From a virus (lineage: Duplodnaviria > Caudoviricetes), in IMG/VR virus record IMGVR_UViG_3300031867_000001, positions 160,001-224,000 of that record: DNA of 64,000 nucleotides; one strand, written 5' to 3'. This document shows, in pieces, positions 1 to 9,022 of the stretch. The notes under the pieces are model-generated. The model worked only from the letters and a program-made list of their open reading frames with translations, was not told the DNA's origin and did no database searches. The translations under genes were made by a program, and so were the position numbers. The first letter of the stretch is position 1, and each line of letters begins with the position of its first letter.

Positions 1-369
1 AATTCTGTTTATCTGCATTCAAAGAATCCAATGATTCCATATAACTTGTTAACGGATATGATGTTCCGTTGTTTGGAGATTAATGGTATCGACTTAACAG
101 GTCCGAGTATCACATACGAGATTTTGGCAAGAAGAGTTTGCAGAATTGGTGATACAAATACACCATTTGCATATGCGTATGGTAAGAATCCAAACATCGA
201 TCAGATGTCATATACGAAATTGGCATTCCGTGAAGCAGTACAAAGAGCTGGTGTGTTGCAAGGTGTTTTATTCCAAGCCGTATCTGATTCAATGAATATT
301 GGTTTGGCTCAAACGTTGAATGGTGAAACACCAACGTACACACCTATCGAAGACTTAATCAAAATATAA
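1..369 (+). CDS. RNA polymerase beta'-like C-terminal subunit (5'-truncated by window edge; probably virion RNAP)
   Basis: Frame is open from base 1. YEILARRVCR and LAFREAVQRAGVLQGVLFQ resemble beta' C-terminal motifs (HIEVIVRQMLR; GITKASL..SFISAASFQ). Confidence 0.6.
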   Translation, partial: NSVYLHSKNPMIPYNLLTDMMFRCLEINGIDLTGPSITYEILARRVCRIGDTNTPFAYAYGKNPNIDQMSYTKLAFREAVQRAGVLQGVLFQAVSDSMNIGLAQTLNGETPTYTPIEDLIKI

Positions 370-384
370 AAAAAAATAATTTAA

Positions 385-405
385 GAGGGGGCTTTAAGCC
401 CCCTC
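385..405. terminator. G-tract/C-tract palindrome, probable bidirectional terminator
   Basis: GAGGGGGC-TTTAA-GCCCCCTC between convergent genes. Confidence 0.7.
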
Positions 406-409
406 GATA

Positions 410-1435
410 TTATACAATGATTGTTGATTTGTCAAATACGTTTCTGTCAATTATGCCGGAAGCAGCATGTACATGTCCACCCTGTAATCCGAGGTCGTTG
501 AAGTAACGTTTAACAAGTTCTTCGCAGTTTGCTCCGTCGTCCTTGGAATAGAAAGAGTACTTCCATCTGTCGGGTGAGAGCTGATGATATTTGCATACGA
601 AATCATAGTCATTGATCAAATCACCGAACAGTCTGGAATTACCAACAGAACTATTCACTGCAATGCCTTTGTATTCACCGATGATAACTTCAAACGAATT
701 TGACATCGTTGATTTGTACAATGTGTCTTGATACGCAAATATGATTTCACCTTTGTCGATTGTATCATATGCCATCTTTGGACCACTGTAAAGCATTTCG
801 TTCCAGAATTCAAGATTCATTGGATGACGTTCTGACTTTGGATAAACAAACCATGCTGCAGCAAACAGCTTGGACTCTGGTAATGAGTGTCTCCAAACAT
901 CATTATCATCAATCAATCTAACTGCTAATGGAATTCCAACGACTTTAATCTTGTCGGAATCTGGATACAATGCAACTTGTGCCAGATCTTCAGATAAATC
1001 AAACGGAACTTCCATTGGACGCAGTCGGTCAGTTTCACCCATACACGAATAGATCCAAGTCAACATACAACCAGAATATTCGTTATTGTAGAACCGAATG
1101 ACATGGTCGTTGTACAATGCTTTGTCTTCTTCAGACATGATTTCGTTCAGATACTTATCACCAGAAACGTGATGATCAATATGAACAACCTTCATGTGGT
1201 GATCAATTGCTTTCTTAATGACACTGAAGATGGTTTCGTCAAGTGCCAAATCAACAATGTACAATTGATCATTGTCTTTGTAGAAGTCTTCTTCATTTTC
1301 GATGTTGATCTTTCCATTGTGACAGTATTCAACAAAATGGGAGCTGGTCATGATGTCAAAGACGGAACACAGTTCCGTCTTGACAATTGCTGCAGCACCA
1401 TAACCGTCTGCATCATTATGATGTAATATTCTCAT
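410..1435 (-). CDS. DHH-family phosphoesterase
   Basis: Motifs HHNDADG, YIVDL, HIDHH and C-terminal GGHVHAASG (DHHA1). Confidence 0.9.
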   Translation of the reverse strand: MRILHHNDADGYGAAAIVKTELCSVFDIMTSSHFVEYCHNGKINIENEEDFYKDNDQLYIVDLALDETIFSVIKKAIDHHMKVVHIDHHVSGDKYLNEIMSEEDKALYNDHVIRFYNNEYSGCMLTWIYSCMGETDRLRPMEVPFDLSEDLAQVALYPDSDKIKVVGIPLAVRLIDDNDVWRHSLPESKLFAAAWFVYPKSERHPMNLEFWNEMLYSGPKMAYDTIDKGEIIFAYQDTLYKSTMSNSFEVIIGEYKGIAVNSSVGNSRLFGDLINDYDFVCKYHQLSPDRWKYSFYSKDDGANCEELVKRYFNDLGLQGGHVHAASGIIDRNVFDKSTIIV

Positions 1436-2057
1436 CGTTTACTTCCTCCTGATTATCTTCCTGCATTGCCGGAAGCGGGTTTTCGGATGTCTGCTGACCA
1501 ACTGTGTCCATCAAGTTATCAAGATCATCCATGGAAATGTCAAAGTGTGCGTTCTCCATCATCTCAGCCAGTAATGACGATGTATCAACCTTTGACAGCT
1601 GTGCAATTCTTGCATAACTGATGAGTGCTTCTGCAATCATGATACCATCCATACAAGCGATTGTTGCTTTCTCAACGATTGTGATGTCCGATCTGAGATC
1701 ATAGTTCAGTTCCTGCAAACCAGAACTCTTGAGGAACTCAGTTGCAGTTGTGAAGATGCTTTCAGCAGCATTGTTTCGTGCATTGATATCTGCTTCGGTT
1801 GTGGAAGGCATCTTCATGATGTCATAGATCATGCTCTTGAGCGTCATGATGTTTTCTTCCAACTGTGGAGTGCAGTCATATACATCATCCCAGTTCATTG
1901 CTTCTTCATCAACAGAAATGCCAGCACCACACAGCAGATTCACATACAGATTGGGAGTGACCTCTTCTGTTTCTTCGGATGGAATTGCAGAATTGTCATT
2001 GATACCAACCTCAATGGCATTATCCATTTCCATCTCATTGTTCTTGTTTTCTTCCAT
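1416..2057 (-). CDS. hypothetical acidic protein
   Basis: 213-aa ORF with GGAGG RBS, overlapping the start of the DHH gene. Confidence 0.75.
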   Translation of the reverse strand: MEENKNNEMEMDNAIEVGINDNSAIPSEETEEVTPNLYVNLLCGAGISVDEEAMNWDDVYDCTPQLEENIMTLKSMIYDIMKMPSTTEADINARNNAAESIFTTATEFLKSSGLQELNYDLRSDITIVEKATIACMDGIMIAEALISYARIAQLSKVDTSSLLAEMMENAHFDISMDDLDNLMDTVGQQTSENPLPAMQEDNQEEVNDENITS

Positions 2058-2072
2058 TGTAAATACCTCCGT

Positions 2073-2297
2073 TTATTTATATTCTTTAAAAGTCTTAGGA
2101 TCAATGAATGTTACATCAACCCCTCGACGTTTTAACGCGGTTATGATTTTACTCTTGATAGTTGGCTTTGTTGGTTTTGTTGCAAGCAAGTCTACTTGTA
2201 ACATTGTACCACCATCGATATTGACTGTCGGTGGATGAGAGCTTAAGATCTTGGCATACTCTTCATCATACAAATGGGTGTCATCCATAAAATACAC
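2073..2297 (-). CDS. hypothetical protein
   Basis: Small ORF with AAAGGACGG RBS-like sequence, co-directional with downstream genes. Confidence 0.6.
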   Translation of the reverse strand: MYFMDDTHLYDEEYAKILSSHPPTVNIDGGTMLQVDLLATKPTKPTIKSKIITALKRRGVDVTFIDPKTFKEYK

Positions 2298-2395
2298 CGT
2301 CCTTTCTGAACATCATTCATGTATTTTATTGTCATCACTCTTGATTAAAACTATTGTCGGGCTTAATATAATACCCGCGAAAGGAGAGATATGTT

Positions 2396-2869
2396 ATGTT
2401 AGAATTCACCATTACAACAATATCGGTATTTGTTGCTGCGCTGAATGAACTCGTGAAAACAATATCCATGAAATGTTTCAATTACGACATTAAGAAGTAC
2501 ATCCCATTGTTTTCCATTGGATTTGGTTTGATCCTCGGAATACTTGGTTATTTTGCTCCAAATATCAAAATGGGAAATAACATCGTTGAAGCAATCTTCA
2601 TCGGAATTGCATCTGGTGGTAATGCGGTTGGCTTCCACCAAATCTACAAACAACTTTCCAAAGGTGAAGTTGTAATCAATAATGATTCGGTTGAAGATGA
2701 TGAAACACAATCAGAAGATCCAGTTGTTTCTGAAGATGAAGTCATTTTAATGAACCATGTGAAAGAAGAACCAGAGAAAACTGATTCTGTTGATGATTCA
2801 ACCGTTGAAGATGAATCAATCGAAACATTGATTGATGAAGACATTGAAGATTATACCGAAAACGAATAA
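2396..2869 (+). CDS. phage holin-like membrane protein with acidic C-terminal tail
   Basis: Three hydrophobic segments with KKYIPL..G..LG and GIASGGNAVGFHQIYKQL, typical of Firmicute phage holins; AAGGAG RBS. Confidence 0.7.
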   Translation: MLEFTITTISVFVAALNELVKTISMKCFNYDIKKYIPLFSIGFGLILGILGYFAPNIKMGNNIVEAIFIGIASGGNAVGFHQIYKQLSKGEVVINNDSVEDDETQSEDPVVSEDEVILMNHVKEEPEKTDSVDDSTVEDESIETLIDEDIEDYTENE

Positions 2870-2873
2870 TAAA

Positions 2874-2896
2874 TGGTGGGGGATTATCCCCCACCA
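2874..2896. terminator. G-tract/C-tract palindrome, probable bidirectional terminator
   Basis: TGGTGGGGGA-TTA-TCCCCCACCA between convergent genes. Confidence 0.7.
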
Positions 2897-2904
2897 AATA
2901 CAAT

Positions 2905-3153
2905 TTATTCACAATCATCGTCTGCTGAATACACTAAGTCTCCATCTTTGATGACACAATAGTGCTTACTCATCACATTTGTTCTACCAAATTCGTCCGA
3001 GAGTTTCTCTAAGAAATTCCAATGATTGTAATTTCTAAAGATTGCTCTCTGATTGCGGGTTATCTTTACTTCAAGACCTTCTGTATCATAAACAGATACG
3101 TGATCACCATTAATCAAGATCTTCTGGATTTCTGTTCCTTTTTTCATAGCCAA
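2905..3153 (-). CDS. hypothetical protein
   Basis: 82-aa ORF preceded by AGGAG. Confidence 0.65.
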   Translation of the reverse strand: MAMKKGTEIQKILINGDHVSVYDTEGLEVKITRNQRAIFRNYNHWNFLEKLSDEFGRTNVMSKHYCVIKDGDLVYSADDDCE

Positions 3154-3181
3154 GTTTCTCTCCTATTGATTTATTGATTAC

Positions 3182-4009
3182 TTAATTTACCAAGTATGCA
3201 TCCAAGTAACTCGGAAGTGCATAACACTCCTTAACAGAATTACAGAATACATCAATTCTACCGGACTTACAACCACAGTCTTCAAGTGTGTATGTACCAA
3301 GTCCATCTACATAGATTTGATCACCATACTCCAATCCCAACGAATTCATCTGGGATTTGTTCATTGCGATTGTTCTTCCGGCTGCGGGCCATGTACCGGA
3401 TGCTGTCTTACAACCGGTTGCAACATAACCTGTGATTCTAAAATTACCAAGATAAACTTCATTCTCTACTTCTGTTACAACTTCCTCAACAGTTGTTGTG
3501 GATTCCTCTGTAACAACTTCTTCTGATGTTGTTGTTGTCACAGTTGTTGTATGAGTTGTAGTAGATTCAGTAGTTGTATCAATTGTAACCGTTTCATTGA
3601 TTGTTTCAATCGGATCAGAATCATTGATCGTGATTGCTTCAACCGGATGAACAATTGCAATCTGTGCATTGTTTACAACTTCTTCCTCTTGAACTTCGTT
3701 TCTCGTTGGTATGTCACGGATGTAGCCAATTGTCGTTTGAGTTGTTGTTTCAACATTTGATGTTGCTGATGTCGTTTCATCAGTTGTTTCTGTAGTAGCA
3801 GTAGTGTTTGTTGTAGTAGCAGTATCAGTAGTAGCAGTAATAGAAACATACTGGGTTGTTGATACAACATCATTGTCATCAATGTTTGCGTGTGCGGTAT
3901 GTGAAATGCGCATACCAACACCCCATGCAATCATAACAATTGCCAACAGAGTGACAGAAATAATCATAATCTTACATCTCTTAGAAATAAATTTCTTCTC
4001 TTCAAACAT
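3182..4009 (-). CDS. membrane-anchored/secreted 3D-domain (MltA-like) peptidoglycan hydrolase
   Basis: N-terminal TM helix, Thr-rich linker, C-terminal FRITGY..KTASGT..GRTIAMN..YGDQIYVDGLG..LEDCG..RIDVF. Confidence 0.85.
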   Translation of the reverse strand: MFEEKKFISKRCKIMIISVTLLAIVMIAWGVGMRISHTAHANIDDNDVVSTTQYVSITATTDTATTTNTTATTETTDETTSATSNVETTTQTTIGYIRDIPTRNEVQEEEVVNNAQIAIVHPVEAITINDSDPIETINETVTIDTTTESTTTHTTTVTTTTSEEVVTEESTTTVEEVVTEVENEVYLGNFRITGYVATGCKTASGTWPAAGRTIAMNKSQMNSLGLEYGDQIYVDGLGTYTLEDCGCKSGRIDVFCNSVKECYALPSYLDAYLVN

Positions 4010-4246
4010 ATTAAAAGTTCCTTTCGTTTCGAGTGGATTTAACTAATGATGACGGATTTCATCATTAGATGACCTAACCTTTCTGTGTCACTTTCATTTA
4101 TTGAAGAGCTATGAAATAAGGATCCAATGTTTATTTATATCTGATACATTGGTAATTCATAGTTGCAACTCGACAATAATAAAGAGGCACAATGCATATG
4201 ACTGTATATCTCTTTAACAGAATTAATTTTATGAAAGGCGGTCAGT

Positions 4247-4738
4247 GTGATGGATAATATTCTTGAACTCATCATCGCAATTCTTGGATCGGGCACGGTT
4301 GCCACAATTGTAACACACGTTATGAACAAACGAAAGTACAGTGCCGAAGTAGATGAATTGCGTCAACAGATTGATGCAGCACGTACAGACGATCGAATCA
4401 AGATTGATGAACACATTCAATCCCAATTTATGGAGATCGCGGAGTCATACAAACGTGAGATTGAAGAACGCAAAAAGGAGATGGATGAATTACGCAAACA
4501 GAACGTGCAACTCATGCAACAAGTTGACGAGTTCCATAAACAAATCAATGAACTGAATACTCAAATCGATCAGTTCATGAGTTGGTTTGCATACGATATG
4601 ATGGGATATCAAACTTGGATTGAAAAGGAATTGTTGAAGTCTAATCCAAATGTTCAATTGCCTTCATATCGAAAACCACCAAAGTTCGTTCAAGAATACT
4701 TAGAAGCAAATAACATTGATTGCTGTGATGAGAAATAA
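4247..4738 (+). CDS. N-terminal TM + coiled-coil protein (possibly lysis-associated)
   Basis: ILELIIAILGSGTVATIV followed by a long coiled coil. Confidence 0.7.
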   Translation: MMDNILELIIAILGSGTVATIVTHVMNKRKYSAEVDELRQQIDAARTDDRIKIDEHIQSQFMEIAESYKREIEERKKEMDELRKQNVQLMQQVDEFHKQINELNTQIDQFMSWFAYDMMGYQTWIEKELLKSNPNVQLPSYRKPPKFVQEYLEANNIDCCDEK

Positions 4739-4758
4739 CATGAAGGAATCATGGGGCG

Positions 4759-5109
4759 TTAAGCCCCATGATGATCACTTTCATATTTCTCAACAAGTTG
4801 TTTCATTATCTTATATGACTCTTCACTGGTAATGTTCATATTCTTAAAATCGTCACCGAGCAATAGCGCTTTTTGTTCGAGAGAACGATTATAAGAAGCA
4901 ATGTAATTAGAATCCATCCTTCTTAAATACCAATTCAGAATCATATACGAAACAATGTTCAATGCCATTCGCATTAGTGTTGGATTAGCATCTGTTATCG
5001 GTTCCAACAGCATTGGAATAAATACTGTCAAAAGCAGATATACTCCAACAACCACGAGAGTTGCAATTCTGTGTAATTTGACTTGTCTGTCTAAAGATTG
5101 CGTACTCAT
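4759..5109 (-). CDS. small membrane protein
   Basis: Two hydrophobic segments; GGAGG RBS. Confidence 0.7.
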   Translation of the reverse strand: MSTQSLDRQVKLHRIATLVVVGVYLLLTVFIPMLLEPITDANPTLMRMALNIVSYMILNWYLRRMDSNYIASYNRSLEQKALLLGDDFKNMNITSEESYKIMKQLVEKYESDHHGA

Positions 5110-5149
5110 GTGATATCACCTCCATTCTTACATATTAACAATATATTTA

Positions 5150-6688
5150 TCAATTCTTTATATTCTCATCATCAGGTGTCCACTGTAAGAACTTTGTCTC
5201 TAATGCAAGTGCTGATATTGTTTTAGAACGAGATCTAATCCAGTATTTATCCATCTTAACAGATGAATCATAAATGTCGTAATAGTAACATTTCTTACCA
5301 CAATATCTGAGTCTCCATGCAACTTGCTTTGCAGTTAATGTTGATACAAATGGAGAACATGAAATGATTGCAGTAACTCCCGGAATATCCGTTCCAGTTC
5401 CACATGAACCAATTGTCGTTACAATCACATCTGCATGTTTATTCTCTTCATTTTCTGTTTTAGAATTCTTGGAGTTAACAGTTTGGATATTTAAATCATA
5501 TGCAAATGATTCATCATAATTCAAATGTTTGCGCAAATGATATGCAACTTCTTCACACAATTCAATCAATGGCATGAAGATCAATATCTTTGCCGTTGAA
5601 TCGCGTTCATATATCATCCGAACGATTTCTGTCACACACTTGATGTGGGTTTTCTTTTTGTCATATTGGATTACCCATTTTCCATATGATGCTGGAGACA
5701 TTTTACCACGATATCCTTCAACACGATATCTGACAATTTGTGGTAACGCATGTGTGTTGATTTCAACGATGTTGTATTCAATCCACTTCTTGGGCTTTTC
5801 TTTTGTTAACAATGAAGATGGTTTATAGAACAACGTGTTTGAGAATACATGTCTGAATATCACATTTTCATCTTTTGATGATCTACCATCTGTTGCTGTT
5901 AAATATAAATTGCGATGTATGTTAAATAAGAAATCCATCAATAAAGTATCACGGAATTCCAAATGTGCTTCGTCAATGATTTTCAATCCAATACCAAGTA
6001 TCTGGGGGATTCTGGATATCTTCTTTAAATTGCGAATACGTTTAACACCTGCACGAAATGTTGCATGAGTCATTAAGTAGATATCATGTTCAGGATCATA
6101 ACCATTTGCAATTTCTTCTAACTGTTCAGAAGATGTGATTTCGTATACATCATCAGATGTCAATCCTTGTAAGTCATGTAAAGACTTCTTCCATTGTTCA
6201 CGCAATTGATCACGGTGCATAATGATTAATGTTTTCTGGTTATATAAACATGCAGCTCTACCGGCGCAGTAAGTCTTGCCGAATCCACCCGTCTTAACTA
6301 AGAAGAGTTGTTGGCTATTTACATTTGCAGAATGTTCATCCAATCCGGCTATGAAGTTAATCACATCAATTTGTTCCTTATTACGAGGAGGAATGAATTC
6401 TTCATGTTCATATTTCATTGGACGAGCATTTACGGCTTTCACATATTTCACACGAACATTTTGCAATAGATTTCGTAAGTATTCCAAATTAACACCACGA
6501 TGCAAATATAACATATCGCGATCTTCATCGAGCATATATCCCAATGCAATAATATCATCTTGGAATTCATCTTCGAATTCCAATCGACTAATCAATTGAG
6601 ACAATTTCTCCATTGCTTCTTTTCCTGGAAAAATTTTGTAAGATGTTGGACAAACTCTCATCTCAAATTCAGTTGTTTGTTTATCCAT
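5150..6688 (-). CDS. superfamily 2 DEAH helicase (UvsW-like)
   Basis: Walker A GGFGKT, IIDEAH, LTAT, GTGTDIPG, QVAWRLR. Start moved to MDKQ, which follows an AAAGGAAG RBS. Confidence 0.85.
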   Translation of the reverse strand: MDKQTTEFEMRVCPTSYKIFPGKEAMEKLSQLISRLEFEDEFQDDIIALGYMLDEDRDMLYLHRGVNLEYLRNLLQNVRVKYVKAVNARPMKYEHEEFIPPRNKEQIDVINFIAGLDEHSANVNSQQLFLVKTGGFGKTYCAGRAACLYNQKTLIIMHRDQLREQWKKSLHDLQGLTSDDVYEITSSEQLEEIANGYDPEHDIYLMTHATFRAGVKRIRNLKKISRIPQILGIGLKIIDEAHLEFRDTLLMDFLFNIHRNLYLTATDGRSSKDENVIFRHVFSNTLFYKPSSLLTKEKPKKWIEYNIVEINTHALPQIVRYRVEGYRGKMSPASYGKWVIQYDKKKTHIKCVTEIVRMIYERDSTAKILIFMPLIELCEEVAYHLRKHLNYDESFAYDLNIQTVNSKNSKTENEENKHADVIVTTIGSCGTGTDIPGVTAIISCSPFVSTLTAKQVAWRLRYCGKKCYYYDIYDSSVKMDKYWIRSRSKTISALALETKFLQWTPDDENIKN

Positions 6689-6747
6689 AATGCTTCCTTT
6701 CTTAAACAAATGGATGGACCAATATTGGTCCATCCATATCATTCATA

Positions 6748-9003
6748 TCATGAAATTGTCGCTTTGACTACCTTAACGGCTGGAACGTGCTTTGGTCTTT
6801 CGGGTGGAATAGACATTGTTGTTGGTGTAATAGACGAAACATTCACAGTCGTAATCCGACCATCAACATGATTCAATTGAATCGATTGTGTTTCATCCAC
6901 ACAGAACACTGCAATCAAATCATCTTGTGGTGTCATCGAAATGATGGGTTTCAATTTACCAAACTTATTACCAGCAATCAAGAACTTGGAATGATTTACT
7001 CTGATTCTGCCAAGTTTCGTTACATAAACGAGAAGTGGTTTCTTTGGATTGATAATGAACATTCCAGCCGCTGTCTTATTATCAACCAAGAACTGACCTT
7101 GTGCATCTACTGACAATACCTTATTCAGATTGGTCAACTGGAAACGTTTACCAAGTCCATCTGATGTATACATTAACAAATCCTGTGATGTGTCATGTAC
7201 TTCCAAGATGGATACTAAGTATTCATCTTCGTCCAACGGAACAATCGGTTTACGTGTTTGATTAGATGGAATCTTATCAATCGGCATATACTTGATACGA
7301 CCTTTATTGGACAAAATCACAATGTCATTCTGTGTATTGGATACGGCTGCGATACACTTTGACATCTGGGTTCTACCAATGGATGTTAACATGATACGTT
7401 TGTCATGTGGAACCTTTGTTGTATCAACCCACAAGAATCGACCCTTATCATCAATCAAACAAACATTCGTTCCACTGACGGGTGTGATATCAGATGATAG
7501 ATGTTCCGGAGTTGCTGTCTCTGAAAAGATGACAGATCCATCTTGGAAGATTTGAACAACGCCAATGTTCACTGTTGAATTGTTTAAACCAAGAATCTTG
7601 GAGCGTCTGGGATAGCCATACTTCTCTTTGATCTCTTTCAACTCATCAATGATGCATTGATTAATCTTGACGGGGTCTGATACGATGTCTTCAATTCTAT
7701 CGACTTCTGCTTGAATATCATCCATCTTCTTAACAGTCTTCAGATATTCTTCATGTGTCAATTGATACATCTTTACATCGATCATGTAATTCGCTTGTGA
7801 TGATGATACATGTTTCGGATATGCTTTCATCAATGCACCGACAATATCCGAACGATGTTCACAATTCTTGATCGTCGTAATGGTTTTATTCAGATTCTTT
7901 TCTGATAACATGAATGCCTTACCTGTAAGCATGTTGTATTCGGTTTGTAAGATAACCGTTCTACGCAACAACCACGAACGTTTGAACTGGAAACGTTCTT
8001 TGATCCATGCCAACAGAATCTGTCGAATATTATACTTGCGGGTTCTGTATAAAGAATCTGTTACGATCATATTCTTTGTTGAGATTGGAATTCTCAATCC
8101 TGGAATAGATGTAAACAATTTATCCAATACACGATACAAGTTACATGGCTTACACCGAATCACATATTTGATTTTATTGTGAAGCAAATCCGATTCATCA
8201 TCTGCTGATAGAATCTCAGGGAATGGATTTGTCGAATCATGTAACTCATTCAGTTTCTTATTGATATCCCGCAAGAATCTCTTGTATGGTGTATTGGTAA
8301 AGGTGATGATATAATTGACATTATCCAACTCAAAGGACGATTGCATCCAAAATGTTTCATCGTCCTTTGGAATGATATCACATCCAGTCGGTGAATCTGG
8401 AATGAGCTTTACATCTGCATTTGGATTCTTTAACAGCTTAATCGTTGCATCTGCAATCTCATTCAAGTTGTATGGATAAATATCGGATGATAATGTATAT
8501 CCAATACCTGCAGATCCATTCAACAGAATGATTGGGAACTTTGCAGGAAGAATTGTCGGTTCAACAGTAGAATCATCATAATTGGGATTCATACCCACTT
8601 TACCATCAAATTCCGAGAATAATACATCATATGCAAAATCTGAAAGATACACGCCCCAATATCTACCAGCTGCAGAATCATCTCCGGCTGTTGCAGTACC
8701 GCAGTTACCAGATGCTTTTAACAACGGGATGTTATTTGCGAATGGCTGTGCCAATCCCGCAAATACATCTTTCAATCCCAATTCACCATGTGGTGAAATC
8801 TCCAATACTTTACCTGCCGCAATCGCAACGGTTACTTTGGAATGTCTGGGATAGTTCTTGTAGATTGTATACAAGATTCGACGATGGATTGGTTTCAATC
8901 CATCATAAATCATTGGAATGGAACGCTGTAAGTTTACATTTACACCATACAACGACATCCAACGTTTCGAAGCGGTATACATCTCCAATTCTTTTTCTTC
9001 CAT
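6748..9003 (-). CDS. type IIA topoisomerase subunit A (GyrA/ParC-like)
   Basis: DGLKPIHRRILY, SPHGE, SAAGRY (catalytic Tyr), NGSAGIGY, YNLNEI and C-terminal beta-pinwheel repeats. Confidence 0.92.
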   Translation of the reverse strand: MEEKELEMYTASKRWMSLYGVNVNLQRSIPMIYDGLKPIHRRILYTIYKNYPRHSKVTVAIAAGKVLEISPHGELGLKDVFAGLAQPFANNIPLLKASGNCGTATAGDDSAAGRYWGVYLSDFAYDVLFSEFDGKVGMNPNYDDSTVEPTILPAKFPIILLNGSAGIGYTLSSDIYPYNLNEIADATIKLLKNPNADVKLIPDSPTGCDIIPKDDETFWMQSSFELDNVNYIITFTNTPYKRFLRDINKKLNELHDSTNPFPEILSADDESDLLHNKIKYVIRCKPCNLYRVLDKLFTSIPGLRIPISTKNMIVTDSLYRTRKYNIRQILLAWIKERFQFKRSWLLRRTVILQTEYNMLTGKAFMLSEKNLNKTITTIKNCEHRSDIVGALMKAYPKHVSSSQANYMIDVKMYQLTHEEYLKTVKKMDDIQAEVDRIEDIVSDPVKINQCIIDELKEIKEKYGYPRRSKILGLNNSTVNIGVVQIFQDGSVIFSETATPEHLSSDITPVSGTNVCLIDDKGRFLWVDTTKVPHDKRIMLTSIGRTQMSKCIAAVSNTQNDIVILSNKGRIKYMPIDKIPSNQTRKPIVPLDEDEYLVSILEVHDTSQDLLMYTSDGLGKRFQLTNLNKVLSVDAQGQFLVDNKTAAGMFIINPKKPLLVYVTKLGRIRVNHSKFLIAGNKFGKLKPIISMTPQDDLIAVFCVDETQSIQLNHVDGRITTVNVSSITPTTMSIPPERPKHVPAVKVVKATIS

Positions 9004-9022
9004 TTAAACATACCTCCAAATC

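Noticed and set aside
4010-4230. c-di-AMP (ydaO) riboswitch or hammerhead ribozyme upstream of the 3D gene
   Set aside because: Consensus cores (GCUGAA/GGGGA; CUGAUGA-GAAA) are not present.
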